Of a DNA stretch of 50,302 nt, positions 36,336 to 45,760 are shown one piece after another. The stretch spans positions 1-50,302 of IMG/VR virus record IMGVR_UViG_3300012943_000011; one strand, written 5' to 3'. Numbering within the stretch: the stretch's first letter is position 1; the number at the start of each line of letters is the position of its first letter. The notes under the pieces are model-generated. The model made no database searches, was not told the DNA's origin, and saw only the letters and a program-made list of their open reading frames with translations. The translations under genes were made by a program, and so were the position numbers. The DNA comes from a virus (taxonomy: Duplodnaviria; Caudoviricetes).

Positions 36336-37027
36336 TAAAAGCGATAAAATCCAGGGCGCATAAATAAGAATTCTTCGCGCTCAAAATCCATAGCGCTTTG
36401 TATCATTGCTTCCGAGCGGGCTAAAATTCGCTCCGAAACGGCATCAGCAACGCCATAATCATCTAAAAGCCTAGCGGCCAGGGCATAGCCAACTGTGCCT
36501 AAATGCTCTTGCGGGATATCCAGATTGTTATTCAAGCTATCCACATTCTCAATTCGCCGCTGATAGGTGTAAATCACGGCTTCAGTTGTGGCGCTCGAAA
36601 GCAGGGGCCAGATATATAAAACCGGGTTGGCCGCCTGAGGATCGAAATAGAATGTGGTTGGCGTGCCTGTAGCGGTTTTGTTCGGATAGCCGAAATACTC
36701 ATCCCGCGTTAACGGCTGCATAGGCAAGTCGTTTTGCGGCGTGGCCGTACTGCGGTATCTGGCCTCTATGATGCGAATTGGCTTAGTCGTGCTGAGCGTG
36801 TAATTGGCTGTGTTGGCCACTAGGGTTTGTGTGCCCTCACGCTTGGTAAACAGGAATGGGCCTTTATGCGCCCAATCCTTTAGCATCAATTCCAATTCAA
36901 GCTTTGCGGCTGCGCCCTCATCGGCGCTTACAATCGCGCCCATTGGCAGCACGCCAATTTTGCGCAAGGCATATTGAACAACATCGCGAGCCGTTAGCGT
37001 GAAGTCGATTAAGCCGGAAGTAGCGAT
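36335..37027 (-). CDS. Head-tail adaptor protein (probable ATC start)
   Basis: The frame extends to (I)ATSGLIDFTLTARDVVQYALRK; GTPTTFYF...IWP...LA.RL motifs. Confidence 0.75.
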   Translation of the reverse strand: MATSGLIDFTLTARDVVQYALRKIGVLPMGAIVSADEGAAAKLELELMLKDWAHKGPFLFTKREGTQTLVANTANYTLSTTKPIRIIEARYRSTATPQNDLPMQPLTRDEYFGYPNKTATGTPTTFYFDPQAANPVLYIWPLLSSATTEAVIYTYQRRIENVDSLNNNLDIPQEHLGTVGYALAARLLDDYGVADAVSERILARSEAMIQSAMDFEREEFLFMRPGFYRF

Positions 37028-37278
37028 TAAAAATCGTCCGCTGTTACGTCTGTAGGATCAAGAAAAACCGGCTCGCTATCGGGCCTTGGCTTATGAACGC
37101 GTTGATCGTCATAGCGGCCCCTAACAAAATCCTGGGGGTGCCTTTCCTCGAAACAAGTATCAGCGCAGACTATTTGACCGCGCCAATTTTCTTCCGTATC
37201 GGAGGCCTTGCGCTTAAAGCCGCAAATCTCGCAAATCCGGTTAAAATCGCCCGGCCTATAATAGTCTGCTCTGCCCAT
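37027..37278 (-). CDS. Zn-finger virion-module protein
   Basis: CEICGF...W.G..VC...HPQDFV...RP. Confidence 0.7.
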   Translation of the reverse strand: MGRADYYRPGDFNRICEICGFKRKASDTEENWRGQIVCADTCFEERHPQDFVRGRYDDQRVHKPRPDSEPVFLDPTDVTADDF

Positions 37279-37689
37279 TTAGGCTTTCATCCGCACATAA
37301 ATTGTAATGTCGTATGTAATGATATTCGTTCCGCTAATTGCGGCTGTTGCGCCAACCGTAGATAGCAGGATATCACCCGTCCCGCCAGTTGTGCGCGGGT
37401 CGATATTCCCGCCCATTGGCGTCCAATCAATGCAGCCCTGGCCGGCCAACACGGCTATTTCGTCATCGGTTGTATGATCCCATTCGAGCGTAACAAAGCC
37501 CGCTCCGCTAACGCTAAATTCGATCTTATCAACGGCCGTGTAAGTGGCAACCGCGCCTAGCGGCGTTGTAAAAGTCGAGATATCGATTTTAGCTACATCG
37601 CTTTCAGCCGTATCGATCACGCCATAAAGATGAAAAACCTTAGTACGCCGGCCATTAAATAGCGTCTTTACGTCAACAGTATTGGCCAT
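37279..37689 (-). CDS. Structural protein
   Basis: 136 aa, GTGDILLST motif; synteny. Confidence 0.6.
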   Translation of the reverse strand: MANTVDVKTLFNGRRTKVFHLYGVIDTAESDVAKIDISTFTTPLGAVATYTAVDKIEFSVSGAGFVTLEWDHTTDDEIAVLAGQGCIDWTPMGGNIDPRTTGGTGDILLSTVGATAAISGTNIITYDITIYVRMKA

Positions 37690-37765
37690 TAACAGCCCTT
37701 CTTTTTGCTAGGTTTAGGCATAGAGGGGCGCTTGGCCCCTCCTTTGCCCTTTTTGCTGGCCATTA

Positions 37766-38683
37766 TTAGCCGGTTGACTGTGTGCCGTCCCAAGTTGTGG
37801 AGCGCTCGCCATCAGCGTTCACAACTTCAATTGGCGTGAAAAATTGCATATCAGCGCCGACTAGACACTCTGTAACGTTGGTAGCGTCATCCTGAAGCCG
37901 AATATAAATATTTGGCCCAACGTTGCCCGTGGCTGTGGCAACTAGCGTAATTGCGATATCGTTCGCGTTGCGCGTGCGAATATAGCTAGGCTCACCGCCG
38001 CCGATAGTCAGGTTAGTGGCCGCAGCCGTAACGTTCTCAATTGCGGCAACGGCAAAGTTGCCATCAATCCAGAAGTTTTTAATCGTGCAACCATCGCCAG
38101 CGATAATGGAGATAGCTGTATCGGCTCCGGCCGCAGCCGCGCCGCGATGAATCCAGCCGTCAATAAACAGCCTATCCCCGGCCGAAACAATAAAGTCCGT
38201 AGCCTGAGCGCTGCCGGCGTCCCGCGTTTCACAATTGATCATGGCGAAATCAGCCGAATTAACGTCAATCGGGCCTGTTAGCGCGTCAACTGAGCCGGTA
38301 AACAGGAAGTTAACAACCGTAATATTGGCCGCGTCTACGTCCATATCCGCGCCAACTGCGGTTGTAAAATTGACCGTTGGCCGGAGCGAGCCAGTGCCAA
38401 GGCCAAGCAAGCAAATTCCCGCAACGTCTAAATCGAGGCCGCCCGCCGCCGTAACAGTCTCAACATGGCCAGGAAGGGCTACAATCATATCGCCCTTATT
38501 GGCGGTACAGCGGCCTACGGCATAATCAAGCGTGGCCCAAGGCCGTTCAAACGTGCCCGCGTTGCCATTCGAGCCAACAACGCTAGAAACCCAATAAACC
38601 TTGCCGGGATAAGCCGAAAGCAAGGGTACGCCGCGAATAGTAACGCCATCGGCGAAGCCATTCGGGAAATTAGAAATAGGCAT
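37766..38683 (-). CDS. Beta-helix-like structural protein
   Basis: GSNGNAGTFERPWATLDYA...GD.I...PGH.E. Confidence 0.65.
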   Translation of the reverse strand: MPISNFPNGFADGVTIRGVPLLSAYPGKVYWVSSVVGSNGNAGTFERPWATLDYAVGRCTANKGDMIVALPGHVETVTAAGGLDLDVAGICLLGLGTGSLRPTVNFTTAVGADMDVDAANITVVNFLFTGSVDALTGPIDVNSADFAMINCETRDAGSAQATDFIVSAGDRLFIDGWIHRGAAAAGADTAISIIAGDGCTIKNFWIDGNFAVAAIENVTAAATNLTIGGGEPSYIRTRNANDIAITLVATATGNVGPNIYIRLQDDATNVTECLVGADMQFFTPIEVVNADGERSTTWDGTQSTG

Positions 38684-38730
38684 TAAATCCTTTAATTCAC
38701 GCGCTTCCCAAGCGCGCCTAATTGGAGACG

Positions 38731-38772
38731 AATAAAAGCCTCCGCTGGCCCGGAAATGCTAGCCAGCGGAGG
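38731..38772 (-). terminator. Terminator downstream of the major capsid gene
   Basis: CCTCCGCTGGC/GCCAGCGGAGG stem followed by CTTTTATT. Confidence 0.6.
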
Positions 38773-38849
38773 AACCTACAGCATGCTATAGGCGGGTATT
38801 TTCCAGGGGGTTATCCTACCTTTTTGGATAAGTAGGATAACTAAGCGCC

Positions 38850-39758
38850 TTACGCTCCCGGAGTGCCGTATACGCCGCGCCAATCGTTCCAATCCGGAAC
38901 ATAGCGTTCAGTGGCCTTGGCCTTGGCGTTAGACGTGTCGAAGTCGTTATCTTGCTTGAACGTCATTTTACGCCGCTGGAAGCTCAAAAGCCCGTTAGGC
39001 GCATTCGTAAGCACGAACCAAGCGTCCGGATCGGTCAAATAATGCCAAACAACGTAGCCGTCCGGGAGCATGCCCATAGACTTAAGCGCGTTAATGTCAT
39101 TGTTGGCCGTGCCGCTACGCAAGGTAGACTTAAGCACGCGGTTAACTTCAAACTCCAATTCGTGGCGCACAACAAGCTTTTTGCCAGTTAGCGGGAAGCG
39201 GAGGCCGCGAGAATTCTTGTTATCCTGCATTTGGATAAGCATATCTTCAAGCGCCAATTCGCTAAAGTCTGCCGCAACGGCCAGCAAATTAGACTGATTG
39301 CCTACAGCGGTAGGATGTGCGGCCGAAAACAATTCGACGCCATCACCGCCCGTAAACGTATTAGTGAAGCCACGATTGAGAACGTTCGCGTGAACAATCT
39401 CTTTGGTTTCGCCCATAGAGATAGCGAGCAATTTGGAGCGATTGAAAGACTTAGCCTCATAAAGATTGTCTTCAAGCTCCTCTTCAGTCACCACATAGCC
39501 AAGACCATAAGTGTCATGAGTGCTGCGCCGCGTCCATTCTTGGTTGTGCGAGTCATAGGAAACGGCTTGACCTTCGGGCTTCTTAACCGCAAGGCCAAAA
39601 GACTGCGTAGCTACGCCCTCTTCATAGTTCTTTTCAGATTGAACTGTCTCAAAAATCTTACTCCAGATTTTCGGCTGAGCGTCATACGTCGCGCCGAAAA
39701 AAGCCCGCACGCCCGGCCATAGGGCCTTAGGATGCGAGCCAGTGTTAATAACTGCCAT
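38850..39758 (-). CDS. Major capsid protein
   Basis: ALWPG..., K.EG....YD, TEE..EDNLY, NNDIN, HYLTDPDAWF, D.DFDT...K..ERY...DWRG.YG.PGA. Confidence 0.9.
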   Translation of the reverse strand: MAVINTGSHPKALWPGVRAFFGATYDAQPKIWSKIFETVQSEKNYEEGVATQSFGLAVKKPEGQAVSYDSHNQEWTRRSTHDTYGLGYVVTEEELEDNLYEAKSFNRSKLLAISMGETKEIVHANVLNRGFTNTFTGGDGVELFSAAHPTAVGNQSNLLAVAADFSELALEDMLIQMQDNKNSRGLRFPLTGKKLVVRHELEFEVNRVLKSTLRSGTANNDINALKSMGMLPDGYVVWHYLTDPDAWFVLTNAPNGLLSFQRRKMTFKQDNDFDTSNAKAKATERYVPDWNDWRGVYGTPGA

Positions 39759-39789
39759 TAATTAACTAAATGATTTCCTAAATATGTAA

Positions 39790-40398
39790 TTAGATGGCAA
39801 GGCCAGCGGAGCCATTGGCATAGCCATGGCGATTGATCTTAACCAGCCACTTGGCCCAAACTCCAAGCTCGTTATCAGGCCTGTCTAAAAGCGCGATAAT
39901 TGTAAGCTGATCGGTTGCCGTAGTGCCCGGCGTGGTGGCGTCTAATTCAACGCCGGAAAGGCCCGTAACAGTGGAGCCGGAATGCGTAAAGATCATATCC
40001 GCCGTAGCGCCAACTGCCGTAGCGGCCAGCGCGCCGGAGCCATCATCCTGAATGGCAAAAAGCAAATCAGGGCTATCCGCTACAAGCGCAATGCGCGTAG
40101 TGGAGGCCGCGCCGTAAACGTTGCTGTCGTGGCCATCAAGCGGCAGAAAACCGACAATAACGCCATGAATGGGCGTGTCGGTCGTAATAGCCGCCTTTTC
40201 CACATTCGGCAGAGTGCCAGGAGCGAAGCCGCGAATAGTAACGGTGTTAGAGGTTCCGGAAATCGTCACCGGATCGCCAATAAATAGCGCGGTCGCATAG
40301 TCCGAAAGGACGTGATACGGCCGGCATCTGCCGTCGTAAGGGCCGCCCCAAGCGTATTGGATCGGCTTTAGGCCGAACGGGGCATCATAATTAGCCAT
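39790..40398 (-). CDS. Head decoration/minor capsid protein
   Basis: MAN.DAPFGLKP...IGDPV; directly upstream of the capsid gene. Confidence 0.7.
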   Translation of the reverse strand: MANYDAPFGLKPIQYAWGGPYDGRCRPYHVLSDYATALFIGDPVTISGTSNTVTIRGFAPGTLPNVEKAAITTDTPIHGVIVGFLPLDGHDSNVYGAASTTRIALVADSPDLLFAIQDDGSGALAATAVGATADMIFTHSGSTVTGLSGVELDATTPGTTATDQLTIIALLDRPDNELGVWAKWLVKINRHGYANGSAGLAI

Positions 40399-40411
40399 TA
40401 ATTCCTATAAA

Positions 40412-40945
40412 TTAATCTTCAATATTTTCATCATTATCTGAAACACGCCGTAACCCTCTGGCTTTCTTAAATACTTCCTTGGGAATATATGCGTGTTCCG
40501 CATCATCGCTTAAATCAGCCTCGCCGGCCGTCTTAAGCGGTTTGCTCCTAATGGCCGCCATCATTTCCTCATGCGGCCTAGCGCGCTTCCGCGCGTCTTC
40601 ATTGAACCATTTTTCAGGCTTGACGCATAAATACGTCATAAGTGGCGAGCCATCGGCCTTAGCCCCAACGCGGCGGGCGATCCTATCGGAATTATCAACA
40701 TTCCGGCTATCACCGCTAACTTCGCTATGGGTTAGAAAATCCCATGTATCGCGCTGTGTTTTGGCGTAAATTCGGCCTTTTTCATCATCGTTTAGCCAAC
40801 GCCCAACTAAGCCATTCGCCTTTAAATAGGCCTGTACATTGGCCGGAATGGTTAAATGATAGTTCGGGCCATCTTCGCTAACACGCAAAGCGCGCCGTTC
40901 GGCCAATTCCTTTTCCCGCTTTTCGCGGTAGCTTAAATTAGTCAT
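40412..40945 (-). CDS. Head-module protein
   Basis: RWLND...RI...W.F...RVG motif; synteny. Confidence 0.65.
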   Translation of the reverse strand: MTNLSYREKREKELAERRALRVSEDGPNYHLTIPANVQAYLKANGLVGRWLNDDEKGRIYAKTQRDTWDFLTHSEVSGDSRNVDNSDRIARRVGAKADGSPLMTYLCVKPEKWFNEDARKRARPHEEMMAAIRSKPLKTAGEADLSDDAEHAYIPKEVFKKARGLRRVSDNDENIED

Positions 40946-41798
40946 CGTTTAAATACTTAATATATTCGGCCCGATCCTTGATAAGGCCTTTTGCGATAAA
41001 GCGCTTACAAGCCGCCTCTTCATCGGCGCTTAGCTTTGGCGCGCTAGCCATCATCGGCCGGCGTCCGCCCTCTACAGCCGAACTAGACCGCTCGCCAAAT
41101 TTTTGCGGGTATACGCGGGCCATTTGCTTTTCGACAAAGGCTAGCCGGCGTTGCTCATCCTTGCGCCCTGGCATGCCTTCCAAGGCTTCCTCATAGAAGC
41201 CTAGGGCAATCTGGCGCATAGAAGGGCTTTCGTTAAACCAGCTATTTTGTCTAATCCAAGCTTGGGTTTCCTCCCAAATCTCAGGCTGATTGGCCGGCTG
41301 GCGTTGGCGGCTAGTATGTTCCTGCTCAGCCTCCCTGGCCTCCTGAGCAATGCGGCGGTAATATTCGCTCTCTTGCTCTCTGGCCTTATCGTAGGCTTCC
41401 ATGTCGCCAAGTTCGGCCGCTTGGCGCTTGGCCGTTTCAAGCTCAGTAATGAGCCGTTCACGGTCATTTTGAATGATCCGTTCGGATGTGCGCTCAATGC
41501 GGCGAAGGCGCTCTTGGTACTCCTCCTCCTGCCGGGCTAGTCGCTCTTGAAGGGTTTCAACATCCTTCTTTAGGCTTGAGTTGCGATCAAGGAAGGAATT
41601 TGCGTCCTGCCAATCTTCGGGCTTGCCCCGGTATTGATCCTTTGGCACCCAGCCGCGGGCGCGGGCCACGGCCTCTTCATGCTGGGAAATATCGGGGCTA
41701 TCTTCGTTTTCGATATCCCCGCCAATATCCTCTTGCGATTCCGGTAAATTATCGTCTACCGGATCGGCTTCATTATCTAGTTCGTTCTCAAATAACAT
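40938..41798 (-). CDS. Scaffolding protein
   Basis: Acidic N-terminus, GW.PK...W.DA..F, coiled coil, W...NSWF. Confidence 0.7.
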   Translation of the reverse strand: MLFENELDNEADPVDDNLPESQEDIGGDIENEDSPDISQHEEAVARARGWVPKDQYRGKPEDWQDANSFLDRNSSLKKDVETLQERLARQEEEYQERLRRIERTSERIIQNDRERLITELETAKRQAAELGDMEAYDKAREQESEYYRRIAQEAREAEQEHTSRQRQPANQPEIWEETQAWIRQNSWFNESPSMRQIALGFYEEALEGMPGRKDEQRRLAFVEKQMARVYPQKFGERSSSAVEGGRRPMMASAPKLSADEEAACKRFIAKGLIKDRAEYIKYLNDD

Positions 41799-41812
41799 TC
41801 TTAGGCTTTTGT

Positions 41813-42133
41813 TTATTCAGCCAAAATTGCGCTTAAGTCGCCGTCTTTAAGCAGGCGATAACGCGCGCCATCTTTGCCAGTGCGCTCTTGCCCGCCATAT
41901 TTCGGGAAGGCTACACGCTGGCCAATCTGTGGAATTGTGTCGTTATGATATTCATAGATAAAAGCCAATGGGCCAATATCCACAAGTATGCCGGAAGCCT
42001 GAGCCTGTGTTTCGCGCTCTTGGGTTTCGGCAATAAGCAAAATTCCGCCTTTAGTCTTTTCCTCTACCACGTCAAGTTTTATTAGAACATGGTATTCAAG
42101 CGGGATAATTCCGCTCTCGTTATTGGTTGTTAT
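41813..42133 (-). CDS. groES: GroES/Cpn10-like co-chaperonin (probable ATA/ATT start)
   Basis: IPLEYHVLIK...EEKTKGGILL...G..V..G...GQRVAFPKYGG...YRLLKDGDLSA. Confidence 0.85.
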   Translation of the reverse strand: MTTNNESGIIPLEYHVLIKLDVVEEKTKGGILLIAETQERETQAQASGILVDIGPLAFIYEYHNDTIPQIGQRVAFPKYGGQERTGKDGARYRLLKDGDLSAILAE

Positions 42134-42365
42134 AATATGCCTCTATGTCTTCATAATTTAGCGCAATTAGCTCTTTTAACACTTGCGCCCGCTCGAATAG
42201 GCTTGCATGCAAAACCGGATCATTGCCGGCCTTGCCCCAAGCATAATCGATAAACTTAGCCTTAGCGTCCTCCGCTTCAGCGGCTAGAAACTCATCCAAT
42301 AACCAGCAAGTTATAGGATGCTCGCGCCAGCCTTCCCATTCGTCTTTTTCAAAAGGGAGCCTCAT
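42120..42365 (-). CDS. Conserved small head-module protein
   Basis: W..W..HP.T motif; between portal and GroES. Confidence 0.65.
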   Translation of the reverse strand: MRLPFEKDEWEGWREHPITCWLLDEFLAAEAEDAKAKFIDYAWGKAGNDPVLHASLFERAQVLKELIALNYEDIEAYYNNQ

Positions 42366-42406
42366 AAATCCGCTTGCGATTCGTTTTGGTTTGTCTATAA
42401 AAGAAA

Positions 42407-42568
42407 TCAGCCCCGCTGATGAGCGTCGAATGGGGCTAAAATAGAACGGGCGGCAAGTAACTCTCTGACTTTCTCCCTCGCCGGTCGAGTCAGATTAGCC
42501 TTGGCCCCCATCCATCAAAGAGGCTAGCGGCACTACCCGGAGCCGCGCAGTTTGGCCGCCCGTTCTAT
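42407..42568. ncRNA. Candidate structured RNA (multibranch fold plus hairpin)
   Basis: 14-bp closing stem 42441-42454/42555-42568 enclosing three hairpins; TTGCGA-16-TATAAA on the + strand. Confidence 0.5.
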
Positions 42569-42572
42569 CTAT

Positions 42573-45029
42573 TTACTTCTTAGCTGGCTTAGGCTTGTTT
42601 TTAGCCTTAAGCTTCTCAATATCCAGCTTTAGCTTAGCTTCCTTGTCAAAGCGCTCGCTCTCAGCCTTTCGGGCTGTTTCCGCCTCTTTATCGGCTTGCT
42701 GATTTCGCTCATCTTCGCGTTTGGCTGCCCGATCCTGCTCAAAGGCGTCATTGCCCATTTGCGTAGCCTGTAGCGTCCTATCGGCTACCGCGTCCTCGCG
42801 GCCGGCCTCAAATTCGCGTTCAGCCATTTGCTGTTGAGCCTGCATTTCAAGCCGCTTGGTTTCAGCATCAAACTGAAACTGGCGTTCGGCCATCATGCTT
42901 TCATGCTCAAGCTTGGCTATTTCAAGCTGATAATCGCGGTCGCTGTTTTCAGCCTCCACTTCAGCCTTAGCCACATCAAGCATATAGCGGCGCTCTTTCT
43001 CGATAGCCTCCAATTCAAGCTTCTGAGCATCGCTAGCGGCCTTAGCCTGTACAGAGCCATCATCGCCTTCCTGGCCCGCTACGCCGGCTTCAGCAAGCGC
43101 CTTTTGGGCCTGAGCCTGCTTTAGCTGGGCCTCAGCCTGCTTGGCTGCAATTTCCGCCTCTGCGCCAGCTTGTTGAAGCTGTTCAGCCGGAGTTGGCCCC
43201 TGCTTGGGCGGGATGATTTCAGCCAAGTTCTCAACTTTAGAAGCCATAAGAACGCGCTTGCCAATTTCGGCATGATTTAACGTCGGGCCGATAGTCGGAT
43301 GGCCAGCTAGCTCCATCAGAACTTGAGCTTTGGCCAATTGCTGCATATCGGTGACCATGTGGCTATCTGCAACTGGCACAATATCGCAGTCATCATAGGC
43401 ATAATCCTCCACCATGATTGGAGGCGGAGCCTGAGGGCTGGCCATCATTTCAGATGGAGCATCCATGCCAGGGGGGGAGGCCTCGCCAGCGCCCGGAGGA
43501 GGAGCGCCCGGCATCCCGTTGCCCTGGATAGCCCCTGGCATGGTTGGCGGGACCGGCTGGATTTGAGGCGGTAATCCGGCCGGTTGCCAATCTAGAACTT
43601 TTAGATACTTTTCCTGATCAGGAAAGCGGTAATTCAAATCATACAAAAGCTTATATTCTTCGCCCAAAGCTCTAAATATGCGTTTGTATATAGCTGAGAA
43701 GACTTTTAAGCCCTGCTCAATTTGGGCTAGCGTAGTAGTGGCCGGCTGCGCTCTCGCGCTTTCTCCGGTTAGAATATCCTGTACTGCCGTGATTTGCTTA
43801 CCGAAATCAATAAGCATTACAAGCAAATTCAGCAATACATCGCTTGGCCCTTGATGCTGCATTTGCACAACGGCCTTACGGATATCGTCTCCGCTCGCGT
43901 TTAGCACATGGAACACGCCGGGAGCAAAGCGTAGCTCAGTCTTTTTCAAGCTCAGCCCAGAGCCGACAAAGCCGCCGCCTGCATTTTGCAAATGGCCGCT
44001 ATCAAGCATCTGATTTAAGCTTGTGTCGATAGCTTCAGTTAGGGTTTTTAAGAGAAGGCCGAAACCTACGTCATAAAATCCGCCTGCCGGATCGGGCACA
44101 AAACCATATTTGACGAAATAATTATAGCGCGGCAAATGGACAATTTGGCCCCGCTTATTGACCGTTCCGCGCTGTAGATTGAAATTCGGCGCTACTCGGA
44201 CAACCTTTTCGGAGCCTTCATGAACCGTAACAATCCATGGCTCATCAAAGCCATCGCCATCTAGATCATGGTATCTATGCTGCTCAATGAAGCTGTGCGG
44301 AGCTTGGCCGTCTTGTTGGCTATCATTTCGAGGCCTAAAGCCATCATCCTGCGAATCTGTCGAGGCCGTTGCATAATCGAATTCGGCGAATGTGCCTGAT
44401 CTTATCCGAGATTGTATTTCGTGCGGGTATAGGTCAAACCTATGCGAGGCCCTTGGAACGGTTTCTAGATCGGTTGTGGCCTGATTTACAACAAAGTCCA
44501 AGGCCGGAATAAGCTTGGCATCTGGCCGCTTTAGCTCCTGGCTATAAAACAGCTTTCGGAATGTACAGCCGACAACGGGGATTTGGTGTAATAGCGTGTC
44601 CGTATCAGCTTCCCAGCCCTTCATTTCCTTGAGAAGCTGATAGGACATATGCGTTTCAATGCGCTCGCCCCTGGCCTGCTTTTCTTGGTTTAGGTCTTTG
44701 CCGATAATTTCGGTCCGAACCATTTTGGGGCTTTGCACAATGGCCGGATAAGCTCTGGCCGCGAATTGTAAGGCCGCAGTTGTAAGGAGCGGGACGCGGA
44801 CGTTTGAGGCGTTTGGAAACGGATAGTTTTTCGGCCGTTTGTCCTGCAACATGGCCTTCATGGCGTCGCGGGCGATATTCTCCCATTCAGCCCGGCTTTC
44901 GCGGTCTATGCGGTATTCTTCAACGGCCTGCCCGCCTAGCGTGTCAACGTCCTGCTTGTCAAATGCCTCGATTACGTTAACTTGGCCGTCTAGTTCTTGA
45001 AGCCTTTCTAGCGGCTCAGTTTGCGGCAT
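42573..45029 (-). CDS. Portal protein
   Basis: SR.EW, PFPNASNV..P, QFAARA, FRK, GFGLL, NQ.LD.G.L.N...GF, ATTT.A..EQG.KVF.AI.KR; long coiled-coil C-terminus. Confidence 0.9.
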   Translation of the reverse strand: MPQTEPLERLQELDGQVNVIEAFDKQDVDTLGGQAVEEYRIDRESRAEWENIARDAMKAMLQDKRPKNYPFPNASNVRVPLLTTAALQFAARAYPAIVQSPKMVRTEIIGKDLNQEKQARGERIETHMSYQLLKEMKGWEADTDTLLHQIPVVGCTFRKLFYSQELKRPDAKLIPALDFVVNQATTDLETVPRASHRFDLYPHEIQSRIRSGTFAEFDYATASTDSQDDGFRPRNDSQQDGQAPHSFIEQHRYHDLDGDGFDEPWIVTVHEGSEKVVRVAPNFNLQRGTVNKRGQIVHLPRYNYFVKYGFVPDPAGGFYDVGFGLLLKTLTEAIDTSLNQMLDSGHLQNAGGGFVGSGLSLKKTELRFAPGVFHVLNASGDDIRKAVVQMQHQGPSDVLLNLLVMLIDFGKQITAVQDILTGESARAQPATTTLAQIEQGLKVFSAIYKRIFRALGEEYKLLYDLNYRFPDQEKYLKVLDWQPAGLPPQIQPVPPTMPGAIQGNGMPGAPPPGAGEASPPGMDAPSEMMASPQAPPPIMVEDYAYDDCDIVPVADSHMVTDMQQLAKAQVLMELAGHPTIGPTLNHAEIGKRVLMASKVENLAEIIPPKQGPTPAEQLQQAGAEAEIAAKQAEAQLKQAQAQKALAEAGVAGQEGDDGSVQAKAASDAQKLELEAIEKERRYMLDVAKAEVEAENSDRDYQLEIAKLEHESMMAERQFQFDAETKRLEMQAQQQMAEREFEAGREDAVADRTLQATQMGNDAFEQDRAAKREDERNQQADKEAETARKAESERFDKEAKLKLDIEKLKAKNKPKPAKK

Positions 45030-45487
45030 TCAATCCTTGTTAGTTCAATTTCGCCTTATGCGCCGCGCGCCTCAGCACAAATTCGCGCGAATGATAAAAG
45101 GCCTCCTCTAGCTTGGTATAAGCTAGGCTTAATTCCCGGCTGGCCAATTGATTGCCAATTTCTGTTTCGCCAATATTGTGCAAAAGGGCTGCGAATTGGC
45201 CAAAATGCAATTCAAGCATTCTGATATAGGCCTGATCTTGTGCGGATAGGCCTGATTTAGTCTGTTCCCGCATATTGCCTCAGCTTATTTGTTTCTAGCG
45301 GCCATGAGTAGCGCAAGGCCCATAATAGCCAGGAGCGTTATGCCAATGCCGGCATGTACAAGCAGCGGGCTAAACACCCAAAGCCAAGCCCAATCAATCG
45401 CGCCAAATAATTTAGCCGCGACAAATACCAGCGTTAAAGCCGGTAAGAAAAATTGCAATTATTCCTCCATTTTTTACATTTAGGCTA

Positions 45488-45516
45488 TTGACGCATTTCC
45501 ATTCTGCCCCTATATT
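45488..45516 (+). promoter_or_regulatory. Promoter of a moron-like gene
   Basis: TTGACG-17-TATATT. Confidence 0.7.
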
Positions 45517-45544
45517 TAATTTATCGGAACAGGGGAAAACGAAA

Positions 45545-45730
45545 ATGACTGCACCGCTCCACAATCCTGAATTTGATGCATACTATAAAGGCCGTAACAG
45601 CGTATGGAATGAAGAGCCGAAACGGGAGAAAGCCGATTTTGCAACAGAGGCCGAATGGACTAGTTACAAAAGGGGCCGCCGTTCGGCGCAGGCTGAGGAG
45701 CGGCTAGATCAAGATACGGATTGGGATTGA
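45545..45730 (+). CDS. 61-aa moron-like protein, possible Rmf/CrpP-like fold
   Basis: Own promoter, RBS and terminator; AYYKG...F.T...W..Y..G.R.A pattern. Confidence 0.6.
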   Translation: MTAPLHNPEFDAYYKGRNSVWNEEPKREKADFATEAEWTSYKRGRRSAQAEERLDQDTDWD

Positions 45731-45733
45731 AGC

Positions 45734-45760
45734 GAGGCCCGAAAGGGCCTCTTTCCTTTT
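45734..45760 (+). terminator. Intrinsic terminator
   Basis: GAGGCCC-GAAA-GGGCCTC followed by a T-rich tail. Confidence 0.8.

Noticed and set aside
42416-42431. CTGATGA...GAA resembling a hammerhead ribozyme core
   Set aside because: No room for stem I or the NUH cleavage triplet, and GAAA is incomplete.
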